Assembly (NCBI GenBank): GCA_030390025.1
Contig: CM059443.1
Location: 66,588,001-66,652,000, forward strand
Direction of reading: 5' to 3'
Length of the DNA stretch: 64,000 nucleotides
Origin: Squalus acanthias
Taxonomy: Eukaryota
Under the pieces are notes generated by a model. It was not told the origin of the DNA. It did not search any database and worked only from the letters and a program-made list of their open reading frames with translations. Position numbers and translations under genes: made by a program. Below, in pieces: positions 37,301-48,718 of this stretch (position 1 is its first letter; every line of letters begins with the position of its first letter).

Positions 37301-37406
37301 GTCTACAGGACAGAAAGGAAATAATTCGGGGTGTGTACTCTATAATTGATCAGTTGTCACGGACTCACATCAACACATTAGAACGACTCATCTTTCATCT
37401 CGTAAG
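37301..37406 (+). CDS. myo9a: Myosin IXa RhoGAP exon 3 (...THINTLERLIFHLVR)
   Basis: atcacag| and AG|gtaaat; 106 nt, phase 1-2. Confidence 0.97.
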
Positions 37407-37660
37407 GTAAATATTTGACTGATATGCATTAGGATGCAGATAAACTTAATTATGCAGTACAGGACTGGTCTAACATTTCATTATTACAAATAAAGTGTGA
37501 GTGAAAGACATTTCTTTGACACTGCTCAATTGCAAAAAGGAAATTTTGCACAGTAAATTTCCCTACTACTGGAACTGTAGTAATCTTGTGCCAGAAACAC
37601 ACTATCTGCAGGGATGATTCTCTTCCCCCACTTACCCTGCTAATTTGTCCCACTTTCTAG

Positions 37661-37792
37661 AATCGCACTACAAGAAGATACCAACCGGATGTCCTCGAAC
37701 GCTCTGGCCATCGTCTTTGCTCCGTGTATTCTTCGATGTCCGGATACCACAGACCCATTACAAAGTGTTCAAGATATTTCAAAAACCACTGC
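37661..37792 (+). CDS. myo9a: Myosin IXa RhoGAP exon 4 ([18 protein letters not shown])
   Basis: tttctag| and GC|gtaaga; 132 nt, phase 2-2. Confidence 0.97.
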
Positions 37793-38259
37793 GTAAGAAT
37801 GCTTTCATTTCTTAATGTAAACTGTGATTGATATCAAAAAAAGTTATAACGGTGCAACGCTGGGCGAAGAAAACAAGCTAGTGATTGGAGAAAATTTAGT
37901 GGTAATTACTCAGGTTGTCCCCTTGTGCTGGTAACTGGTGCTGTGGGATCTTTGTTAAATCGCAGGACAGGCAGATTGATCCTGGATTCAGTGACTTGTC
38001 TGAAAATGGCTGCCACGTTTCCCTACATCATAACAGTCACTATACTTCAAAAAATATTTCCAATGTATATGAAGCAGTTTGTGATGCTTGAGAAATGCGA
38101 TAATGTGCTATGTAAATGCAAATCAGTGTGTCCTTCATTTCTCCAGGACTACTTCACTTGAGATGTCTGTTTTAAGTGATGTTTGAACTCGTAGCTTTCC
38201 TGGTGTAAAGGTGAGATCACTACCAGTGGAAGCAACTGTTACAGGTCAATAGTAGTCAT

Positions 38260-38865
38260 AAATAGTGGCATAGAGTACAAAAGCAAGGAAGTTATGATGA
38301 ACCTTTATAAAACACTGGTTCGGCCTCAACTGGAGTATTGTGTCCAATTCTGGGCACCGCACTTTAGGAAGGATGTAAAGGCCTTAGAGAGGGTGCAGAA
38401 AAGATTTACGAGAATGGTTCCAGGGATGAGGGACTTCAGTTACGTGGATAGACTGGAGAAGCTGGGGTTGTTCTCCTTAGAGCAGAGAAGGTTGAGAGGA
38501 GATTTGATGGAGGTGTTCAAAGTCAGGAGGGGTCTGGACAGAGTAGATAGAGAGAAACTGTTCCCATTGGCGGAAGGGTCGAGAACCAGAGGACACAGAT
38601 GTAAGGTGATTGGCAGAAGGACCAAAGGCGACATGAGGAAGAACTTTTTTACTCAGCGAGTGGTTAGGATCTGGAATGCACTGCCTGAAAGGGTGGTGGA
38701 GGCAGACTCAATCATAACTTTCAAAAGGGAATTGGATAAGTACCTGAAGGAAAAAAAATAGCAGGGCTACGGGGAAGGGGCGGGGGAGTGGGACTAGCTG
38801 AAGTGCTCTTGCAGAGAGCCTGCACGTGCCGAATGCCTCCTTCTGTGCTGTAACCATTCTATGAT
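38260..38865 (+). mobile_element. CR1 LINE 3' fragment (well preserved)
   Basis: ORF 38294-38761 [19 protein letters not shown]...LEQRRLRGDL...WNALP; tail CCTTCTGTGCTGTAACCATTCTATGA. Confidence 0.92.
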
Positions 38866-39627
38866 ATCCTACTGGTTATGCACTTCTAAAACCTGGATAG
38901 GGACAAGTTCATGTCCCAGCAGTTTCTGATGCTTGAATTCACCAGTAGGTTTTATGTTCATCTTAGACATTGGGTGCAACGACTCTGGAGGCCAAAGTCC
39001 GAAAATAATCCAGGTGGTGACATCATCTGAAGGAAGCAAACCAAAGGCTGTTTTGAATCCATTAATTTTTGGTTGCTGAAATAGAAAAAGAGAAGTTTCA
39101 GTGAATTGGCCAAATGCAGCAAAGCGCCCCCATGGATGTAATTTGCTTAGTCAGCTCATTTTCCTTCCCAACATCAAGGTCATTTTTTGCCAGTTCAATT
39201 TCTTCTGTGCCTTTTCGGGAGGGTGCGGGCAAGGAGACACCTTGAAGTGAATTGACAAAATGAATCCAGGGAAATTTACTGTGGTGAAAGATTCAAATAC
39301 TAAGGGGCACAAGTTTGAAAATGAAGTAAGGAATAAGAAAGAAAGTCGGGCAGAGCTTTTTCGCCCAAAAGTCGAGTTGTGGAATAAGTTCCCAGGGAAG
39401 GCCAGTGAAGAAGGCAGTATAAATGGGTTCTTCAGTAAGTTAATTGTGTTTCTGGAGCAAGAGAAGGGGTTGAGAGATCTGGTGAAAAGATATGGAGTTG
39501 ATCTGATTAAATGAAATGGGTTGTTGATCTTAATGGCCTTTTCCTGTTCCTAAAAGGTCTTGTGTTCTTTTACCACAGGTATATTAAAAATAGAATACTT
39601 TAGCAAGTCTGTTTATCATCCTTGCAG

Positions 39628-39751
39628 GTGTGTGGAGTTGATTATTGTGGAGCAAATGAACAAGTACCGAGCACGGCTGAAGGACATCAACAGCCTGGAG
39701 TTTGCAGAGAACAAAGCCAAGAATAGACTGTCGCTCATCCGACGCTCAATA
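39628..39751 (+). CDS. myo9a: Myosin IXa exon CVELIIVEQMNKYRARLKDINSLEFAENKAKNRLSLIRRSI
   Basis: cttgcag| and ATA|gtaaga; 124 nt, phase 2-0. Confidence 0.97.
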
Positions 39752-41984
39752 GTAAGATCTTTTTACTTGAATTTTATCCGGATCTGTGACACTGCAATCT
39801 TGTTTCTTGTTCTTCATGTATTGAATGGAGACAGGTATTGCATTATAATATAGCAACATATTTGCATTTACACAGAATCCCAGTATCATTAGAGTCTTGT
39901 CCATTCAGGTTGTCTGTCTGGGTGGTGCGTTGTTCTCATTCTGTCTGTCTGTCTGAATGCTAGGAGTCTTTGCTGCATCCCACCATGGTGCTGATTCAGC
40001 ATGTATGTTTATGCTCGCTGTTCTGAGAGGTTGTAGCACACTGTTTGCTGTTCATGTGAATTGGTCGTTGTGCTTAAGGCCATCAAAGATTGAGTGACTG
40101 TCTGGTTTAGTCTAATGCAGCTTCGTGGTGATTTTTATCTGTGTGTGGGAAGGGGCACTGTTGGCAGAGGGCGACAGTGAATGCTGCTGTGTGACCCTGA
40201 GTAAACAGGTCGTATGTCTAAGGCTGCAGTTATAGTTACTGTTTCACAGCGATGTTGTAATATGGGATTAGATCCCAATCTGACTTCTGGCACAGAGCAA
40301 TGCGAGACCACCTTGGGTAGGCAAACTCACACCATGTGGAGTATAAATCCAGTGTATGGTGTGCACTGTTTAAAAAGTTATCAAGGGATCTGTAGAGCCT
40401 CTTGGACACTTTCTAAACATTACAGGAATTTGGGCACTACCGCCTGCACTCTCTAAAATGTTCAGAATTTACTGACTAGGTGTGGTGTGCTGGGCACATG
40501 CACTGAGCTCTTTTTCAGCTGTTAGTCTGGAAGTGGAAATAAAGAATGTTGGAGGGCATTCTTGCCACATTGAACAGCGTTTTCGATAGCCTCGCTTCCA
40601 GGAATAGTCTGTTCCGACAGATCCCCATAGACAGCAGTCTGCATCGTGACACCAGCTGTTGCAGAGGAAACTTGTGCAAAGCTTTTTCTTTAATTTAAAT
40701 TTATTTTCGCAGTAAAACTCACACATCTGTAGTGGCAATCATGACTGTAGGCACACTGTGGCACAGTGTTCAGGGTAAAAGCTCCTATTTCCATGGCTCT
40801 CATTTACTTGGTGCCAGGAAACTGCACGCAGTGTTTTTTCTGTTATATCCTCGAGATAAATTTTTAAAACTGGAAACTTTTACTGTTCATCTCTTGTTTT
40901 TTGCCAGGCTTTACCCGTACCCTTGAATCTGTGATTTTGGCAGGCAGTCAGCTGTCTTCTGTTACTGGATAATGCTAATTAACGAGGTAGCAGAAATTAA
41001 ATTGGTTCAACAGCCTATACGGGCACAGTACAAGGTCAGATGAAAAGGAAATTTCAGGGGTGCCTGTTGCTTAAAAAGACCTCATCTTGTTGCTGTGTGA
41101 CTTCCCATCCCCAAAATGTAGAAGAAATGATCCCTGAAAGATTGAGAAATACATCATCAAAGAAAGGATCCAACATTCTTTTTCCCACCTCTAGTGATTC
41201 TCGTCAGGTAGTCTGCCCTTTCCTTGTATTATCCAATCCATTCAGTTTCTTTTATGTTCCAGTATGAGTTGGAGTGACCAGCCACTTTGTTTTCAACTGG
41301 TCTGTCCAATAATTCTGCAAAATGAAAACCGGACTGAAAAGTGCAATTCCCATGTTGAGTGTTTAAAAAGGCCGCAAGCTAGTGGGGAGATAAAGGGTTT
41401 GATCTCTCGTGTGTGAGCCTGGGGCTGATCGTGGAAGTATAAAGCAGTTTGTTGGTGCATGCGTAAAGAAGTATGTGTAAATGTGGGGTGGGTAATTTTA
41501 CATTCGTATATCCTTATTCAGTCCCATTTGACATGTGTGCACAGTCTCTTTTAAATGTCCTGCTTGATCCAGTTCTGGACTTGGAGAAAGGCAGCCACCT
41601 TTGTCCAAGCGTGCAGCGAGGCCAACAGTCTTTTTTGAGCCAGATGTTCAATCTCTTGACCAGTTCTGTAATATGTAATATTCTGCAACTGCTTGATCTG
41701 AAGATGGAATCATTCTATCCATGTGCCTTGTTGTTGGGGATGGTAATTCTTGTACTGCCAATCTGTTTTAATTGTGTGAAATCACCCATTACATCGCTGT
41801 CCTTGCACATTACCTGTTAATTTGTGTCTCTGTCTGTCTGTTGCGAGCTTATCATTCTTATCATGAGGTGCACTTAACTTTTGGAGGGCTGAATAATGAT
41901 TATTTGCAAAACATTACGGAAATTCTTAAAAATTGGGTTACTAATCCAAATAAATTTTAAGTTTAATAATAGTGAAGAGTTTAT

Positions 41985-42370
41985 CTCCCCCAATGGCCTA
42001 TTGCGTAAAGGCTCTGCCCTGCAGTCCCTGGTCTGTGTATGAGATAGTTGATCTCAGCTGGGGTGGTGTTGGGGAGCTACAATTGGCTTCAGCACCTCTG
42101 GGTTAGGTATGTTAAAAATCAGCGAGAGTTCCCACTCCTGATTGCTGCCCAGTGACTTCTGTTGATCAGTGAGTGTGTGTGAATATCAGGTGAAGCCAGA
42201 ATCGTGCTCGGCTGAGATGCCCTCCACAGTTAAGTAGCCTATTGACAGTCCTGGTCTGTGCTCACACATGAAGATTGGCCACTTGGGTGAGCTGCCAGAG
42301 GGCAGCCAGTGGCTGTGGAATTGCACTCCAACAAATGTTATTATCTTCAGAGAGAGGAGGAGATAACGTG
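41985..42370 (+). mobile_element. MER131-like ancient SINE (one of ~18 copies in the window)
   Basis: Shared blocks GATCTCAGC, CTACAATTGGC, CCAGTGAC, CACACATGAAGA.TGGCCACTTGGG and TTCAG.AGAGGAG recur across copies. Name from recalled consensus. Confidence 0.7.
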
Positions 42371-42610
42371 GGGATGGGGAAGGATGAAAAGTAAAACTGT
42401 TGTGTGCAAATTATAGAATGAAAGCAACTGATACTTAAATTTAGTTGAGAAATGATTATACGAACAAGAAATTATTTTTTTCTTTCTTTACTAACTGTTA
42501 ACTAACACAGAACAAAAAAAACATTCCTTTTCCTGCAGTCTGCATGTTCCTGTTGAATGCACGGTCACACTAACCTGATCCTCTACTTTTCGTGTTCTTT
42601 TCCACTATAG

Positions 42611-42664
42611 AAACCGGTTATAATAGCAGTTAGATTCATGAGCATGAATCGCAGTTCGATTCCG
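42611..42664 (+). CDS. myo9a: Myosin IXa 54-nt cassette exon KPVIIAVRFMSMNRSSIP
   Basis: Branch point CACTAAC (about 42568), long pyrimidine tract, tatag| and CCG|gtaggt; phase 0-0; resembles the recalled mammalian insert KPVLIAVRFMSITRSSVS. Confidence 0.88.
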
Positions 42665-43782
42665 GTAGGTATTTCTCCCACCATGTCACCGCTTCGTGTC
42701 CATGATCCCATTCATTACATGATGGTCTACCCCAAGCCTAGGGCGTGACCCAGTTGTGTGTTGACTTGGAACAGAATGGGGGTTATGCTGATTGGAGTTA
42801 TTGATCTTCAGTTTTAGTTGACTGAATTACCTGATTCTGTTGGCTGTTGTAAGCGTTGCTTTTTGTGATTGTTTGAGCATTGGAGTTTGGTTCTGCTATC
42901 GTGTGAAGGGGCTATAAAATGGTGTCTAAATTCTGGTATCGTTCAGTACATCCCTTGGGCGATGGTACTACACAAAAACTACTGGAGCATTCTCGCTCTA
43001 CCATTCATCACAAATGATAACTTTCCACATGTAAAATCCACTCAAGAAAGAGCAAGAAGCCACTGCAGCACCAAAGAGGCCAGAGAAGGTCACCAGCATG
43101 AGTATATTCAAGACAGAGATCGATAGATTTTTGGATACTAGGGGAACCAAGGGATATGGGGATAGTGCGGGAAGGGGAACTTGAGGTTGAAGATCAGCCA
43201 TGATCTTATTGAATGGCGGAGCAGGCTCGAAGGGCCGAATGGCCGACTCCTGCTCCTATTTCTTATGTTCTTATTTCCTGTAAACTATGAATATCAAATA
43301 TTATAAATCAGAAATGTGTGAACACCGAAAATGTTTAACTTGAGTGGGTTAGAGGGGAAACCTGTACTTTTCATAGTGGTTTCACCATAGAAACTAGCTG
43401 TCCTTCATACTGTGAACACCATCCTTTGTACAGTGATCAGTAATTCATACTTCGTTCCTTTGAATCGTTGCACAAAGTTCTTAAAGTAAAGGAAATTTAT
43501 TATATGTGAAATAGTTGTGCTCTTCAGCAAAAGTGTTTTTTTTAAAGAATTTTTTTCAAGAACATGTGCATTTAGTGTTGGAAAGCTTACACCAATTCAT
43601 GCCACCTTTTCATTGATCAGTGATCTTCTAGGTTTATGCTGCTGGTATTTGTACAGTTGATATTGTTTGTTAGGTGCCACTTAATTCACTGTATAGGTAC
43701 TTTGTACAGCCTGTGTTTGCTTACTTGTCACATCTACGTTGCTGTGACACAGCGGTGACAAGTAAGTGTGTATAGATGGTAC

Positions 43783-44131
43783 AAAAGCAAAATACTACGG
43801 ATGCTGGAAATCTGAAATAAAAACAGAAAATGCTGGAAATACTCCGGGCCAGGCAGCATCTGTGGAGCGAGAAACAGAGTTAACGTTTCAGGTCGATGGC
43901 CCTTCGTCAGAACTGGAAAAAGCTGGAGATGGAACAGGTTTTTAAGCAAATGTAGGGGCAGGGAAAGGGGGGAGGAGAGGAAAGAACAAAAGGGAAGGTC
44001 AGTGATAGGATGGAAGGCAGGAGAGATTAAGAGATGGTGCAAGGCAAAAGGAGATGGTAATGGGACAAGTTAAGAAACAAAAAATGGCTCTAGATGGAAG
44101 GTAGGAGAGATTAAGAGACATTAAGAGACAT
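43783..44131 (-). mobile_element. Penelope-like element terminal fragment (349 bp) with 16-bp TSD
   Basis: TGTGTATAGATGGTAC at 43767-43782 and 44132-44147; carries a minimal hammerhead. Confidence 0.85.
43878..43914 (-). ncRNA. Minimal type I hammerhead ribozyme motif (Penelope-type)
   Basis: Minus strand AGUU-CUGACGA-AGG(gccaucga)CCU-GAAA-CGUU-AACU: intact CUGANGA/GAAA core, stems I and II, palindromic ACGU stem III. Confidence 0.75.
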
Positions 44132-45994
44132 TGTGTATAGATGGTACTAAGTAGTTATCTACACACTGGATTAAGTGGCACCTAAAAGTAGTCAGTACAT
44201 TCCAGAATAGATAGTTCCTATAACTACACACTTTGTCTGTACATTTTATTGCTTAAATGAGAGCGATGTTATGGGGCCGGCACTGACACACAGAATGAGC
44301 TTATAATATTTAAATTTATTTCCAACTTTATGGCTTGGTAAGAATAAAATGTCCTTTAAATGCAGAGGCAGTGTGTAGCTGAGCTGGACAGACCAGGAGG
44401 ACACCAGGTTCAAGTTCCAGTCTGCGTTGAGTTCGCTGATCTCAGCTGGGGTGTTACAATTGGCCTGGACACCCCTGCGATAGAGACACGAAAACGTGGC
44501 CAGGGTTCCCACTCCTCATCGTGATCCTGACACTTCTGCTGGAAAGTGCCTGTATGTGATCTGCTTTTATATCAGCTCTGTCCCTCGCGAAAACAGAGTG
44601 CTGAGGCCGCTGGCTCCTGACTTGCGGGTCCTGCACGGACTGACAACAACCCCAAGATCTGTTTGGGTCTTCCCAGCTTCCTTCCTAGATGAGTCTGACA
44701 TGTTTACCTTCGAGCTGTTGCTGGCTGTACAAAACATGCAGGTCACAGCCAGCAGTGGTAATACGCCAGAAAACCAATATAGAAGCTGCTAGTGTTGGAA
44801 CAGTCCTGTCAAATTTGCTCAGAGTACAAGGCCAGTCAGTGTGTCCCAGTCGACTTTTTTTATATTTTAGCAGGGATAGTCTTTATTTAAAGGTTTGTTT
44901 TGTGGCAGATTTCTTTGCATGGAGAGCTATTACATAGCATTGTTGTGGATCTTTGAATGACATGTTTCTGTTTCACTTTATCGGGGCTTAAAGCATTAGC
45001 ACTCTCAGTACCTGGTGTAATCAAGTGGATAAAATGCATCATTGAATTTAAGTGGCCTTCCCTTTTAAATAAAAGGCAAGCTTCTGTGGTTCAATTGCCA
45101 ACCAACGACTCTCTGAAAATCCAACTAGCATTAAATTTAAACATTGTTGATTGGAGGCAACCTTGGGTCTTAGCAGGTTCTGAATGTGTCTAGTGTTGCT
45201 TTGCAGTAAATGAACTCCACCCTCCCCCCCCACCCCCCACCCCAGCAGAGGAGCCACATTAACGCTTGTAATTCTCGGAATACTGTTCTGTAGCAGGTTG
45301 CTCAAAGTCATTGTTGCATTGCTGTAGGATGGCCACCGCTCTATCCACTTTACAACTAAACACTCGGCTTTGGGATGGGATCTCCGTTAATCAGCCCATT
45401 AAAATTGGACCATAAATTTCCAGTTTTTGAGAGATACGAGAAGTTTTTTGAAAAAAATGTGGTCTCGCATGCACTGTGTAAAAATGTTTGTCAAGTTGCA
45501 GCATTAATTTCTGCTCCTGGAAGTTAATTCCACAAATTGTCTCAAACACGTTCACACTGTGGGTGTGAGTAAGGCTCAGGTGATTGTGTTTTTCTTAAAA
45601 CGCCACAAGCCTAGCCTTGTCCATTTTTGGATTGGGCAAAAAGGAGCACAGTGCACTTATGTAATAGGTTAAATATTAGGCAGCCCTGTATCACGCCAGC
45701 GTGTTGTGGTGTGCTGTAATAAGATGCATAGTATTGAAGCACTGTATCTGTGACAGGCAATAAGAGCTGATTACTTGGCCTGATGGCATACATGTGTAAG
45801 GATGAGCAGTAGTAACGTAAATGACCACCATTGCATATCTCTAAAGTATGAGTGGGTGGAATTGAATTGATTAAAGCTAGCAGTGAATCATCTTGGTCCA
45901 CACCATTTCACGATCACTCTCCGTCTTTCTGGAAATGAGTTCAGTAAGAGAGTTGCTGAAACTTTTTCATGTTTTCTCTTTGCCGCCCATGCAG

Positions 45995-46012
45995 CCGAAT
46001 GGTAATAAAAAG
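45995..46012 (+). CDS. Candidate 18-nt myo9a microexon (PNGNKK)
   Basis: Strong pyrimidine tract, atgcag| and AAG|gtaatc; phase 0-0; no transcript evidence available. Confidence 0.55.
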
Positions 46013-46459
46013 GTAATCTCTCAGCGAATGGTTTATCTGTGTTATGTGCTTGTAGTGATCTCCTTTTCCTGGTGATGGCTCTTCAAAAAGATTGTGTCAG
46101 CACTGCAACCACTCCAGCGCATGAGGGATGCCCACCACATGTGATTTTAAAATGCAACAAAACCTGCTTATCACATAGTGCTGAATAATGTAGAAAACAA
46201 TTCTAAAACCATTTTCTAATCACTTCTTTATGGTTTAGCCTGAAAATTGGGTGTCAGGTTTTATATCATGCAGTTAAATTTAATCTGGTAACTGCATCCT
46301 ATCACAATTTGACGGAGACTGAGCTGTACATTTCCCTACCTTGGTCTGATGTGATTTGCTCTGGAATACGCCACAGGTATAGGATATGTGAGCAGCACTG
46401 AGCTTTGATCTCACCATTTTGTCTTCCAATTTAACACCAAATTAGATGCATTCTTTGAC

Positions 46460-46612
46460 TGTGGCCTGTTCCCAATAGAAACTGGAGTGAGATGAACTCT
46501 TTTCATGTAGACCCTTAAAGCCAGAGGCAGATTTCATCTCATCAGTCTGGGCTGGAGTTGAGCCAGTGTCCCAGAGGTGAAAGGCTGTTGTACTAATCTG
46601 CCGCACCACTCA
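46460..46612 (-). mobile_element. LF-SINE-like 5' (tRNA-derived) fragment
   Basis: Minus strand GCCTTTCACCTCTGGGACACTGGCTCAACTCCAGCCCAG closely resembles the recalled LF-SINE head GCCTTTCACCTCTAGGTCACTGGTTCAAATCCAGCCCAG. Confidence 0.6.
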
Positions 46613-47235
46613 ATTAAATGAAGAGAGGTCACTAATTAAAAGAACAGGTAAATGGGATTAGAGCTGATGGCTCCAATTTGGAGCTAGCACCATTGCAAGC
46701 CCCATGGGCTGAACAGTCTCCTTCTGTGCTAAAAATGTCAATGATTAAAAAAATATCAGATTACTTTTTTCGGGTTGTTATGAAGTGTGTTAATCTCGTC
46801 TTGTGTTTATTACCTTTGATGCTGCTGGTTTGGAGTAAGGTATTGATGAGAGGCAGGCCATTTGCTGGAGTGGAAGCAGGCTGGGGTTTGGCTCTGATGT
46901 GTGTTCAGATTTTGTTGCTGAATGTTCTGTGGTTTCCGTGTGTAAGTCTGTGTCATGCTGGTGTTTTCCTTTGCATAACTGTGACTGGTACTACAGCTGT
47001 TGATTATCTCGATATGAATTAAAAAGCAACGTTGCTTTCAAAATCTTCAAATTATGTTGGAAAATCACATTCTCTCAACTCCTGATTCAAGAAAAGCTTC
47101 CGGAGACCAAGAAACCTTCCACCTCTGGTGCCTGCTTGTCACAGCAGTGACCCAGTGCCACTCCCCAGCTGAAGAACTTGGCCCTGTCTCTTGTATTTAG
47201 GTTTGCTGATTTGCAGCTATTTTTCCTGCATTCAG

Positions 47236-47247
47236 ATGAAATCAACT
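47236..47247 (+). CDS. Candidate 12-nt myo9a microexon (MKST)
   Basis: tttttcctgcattcag| and ACT|gtaagc; phase 0-0; no transcript evidence available. Confidence 0.45.
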
Positions 47248-48718
47248 GTAAGCCAATCTCTCAGCTTTCTGAGACCAAAAACAAAACTGCTGGTCATCAA
47301 AAAACTAATTAACAATTTTGGAAGAAACAAATAAAATGTTTGAAATAATATCAGTGCAATTGTCTTCACAAATTGCAACACTATAAAGAGGTGCCATGCA
47401 TCATTTGCTGCATCCTCAGTGCCTACCCCCATCCCGCCCCGCACGCCATTCAGCTGTCTGCATGTGACCCAGGTCAAGGTGCTCTCTGTGCTTTGCTGCC
47501 CTTCAGTACTGAGAGAAGATGAAGTGCTTTCTGTGCCAAACAGAAAGTGGACGAGTGCTTCACAACAGGACGGCATTGTACAGACATTGACGTTACTGGG
47601 GTTTAACCCTAATTTTGGAATTAATGTTTGGCAAGGGGAGGGGAACTATCAGACTTAATTAAGTTTAAATCTAAAATCAAAGAGCTTAATCAAGATACAG
47701 TATAAATTAAGAAGCAAACTTATTGCCAAGAAACGTAAGAGTAAATAGAAAGCTTGTGTAATTGTGAGCTGCAAGTTACCCTGTCCAAAATGAAACCCTC
47801 TCTGTGTCCTGAGCTTGTGAATTTGAAACTTTTTGATTAGTTTCTTTGTACTGGTGATTGTGCTGTAGAATGTCAGAGACAGCTGCGGAATTACTGCACA
47901 ACCAATCAATATCTGCGTTGCAAGGAAAGTGGAGGGAGCTGTGAGTCTGTAGATTTAGAGGTGATTGTGGAAGGAGCAACATTGGATTTACTCTACCACG
48001 TACAGTCTACAGGCTTTTAAAAACAAAGCTGGCCATCGCCCACTTCATGATTTACCTTCTCTCCTCTCCAATTTTTTTTTGCCAATTTTCCCCTCTAATT
48101 TTTCTCCCCTTTTCTTCTGAAAGAGATAACTCCCCACTGAGGTACAGTCCTGGCACTGGGTACTTTTGGGTACGTGAAGTGGCTGCTGTTCTGCGTGAGC
48201 CATAACTGCAGGCTATTTAACTATGGGGGCATCACAGCAGAGTCCAGTCCTATTCTCACCCAATGCTCACGTGTGCTTCGATCAGCGACCAGTGGATTGC
48301 AATCGGGAGCAGGAACCCTGCCAAGATCAGCTCAATCAGCACAGACTGGGGATCGAACTTTAGATCTTTCTGATCTGTATGGCTCGGATACTCACGGGAT
48401 AGACACTGAGCCATTGGGAAACCTTTCCTAGTCTTATCAACCTTCATGGCATCCTGTATCATGACCTTGATCCTTTGCCTAGTTTTCTCAATTTAAAATA
48501 ATCCAACACCGCAAGTGCGAAAAAAAAGGTGAATTTGTGACTGATTCATAAATAAAGGTTTTGTATTATTGTAAAGTAAATTGCCATTAATGCCCATAGA
48601 GCACTTGATTGAAGTCACTTGTCCTGAACACACTTTCTACTTTGTGGACAAACTCTTCAGTTGGTTTTATTTCCTTTCATATTGTGACTGAATAGCTTGT
48701 TCTTTGTGACTTTTATAG

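Noticed and set aside
41058-41207. 150-nt in-frame unit, or a 13-nt unit at 41195-41207
   Set aside because: The long version has a purine-rich acceptor; the short one starts with TGA; the donor gtagtc is weak.
44689-44757. 69-nt in-frame unit MSLTCLPSSCCW...
   Set aside because: Competing upstream AG, adjacent to a SINE, and an unconvincing peptide; likely chance.
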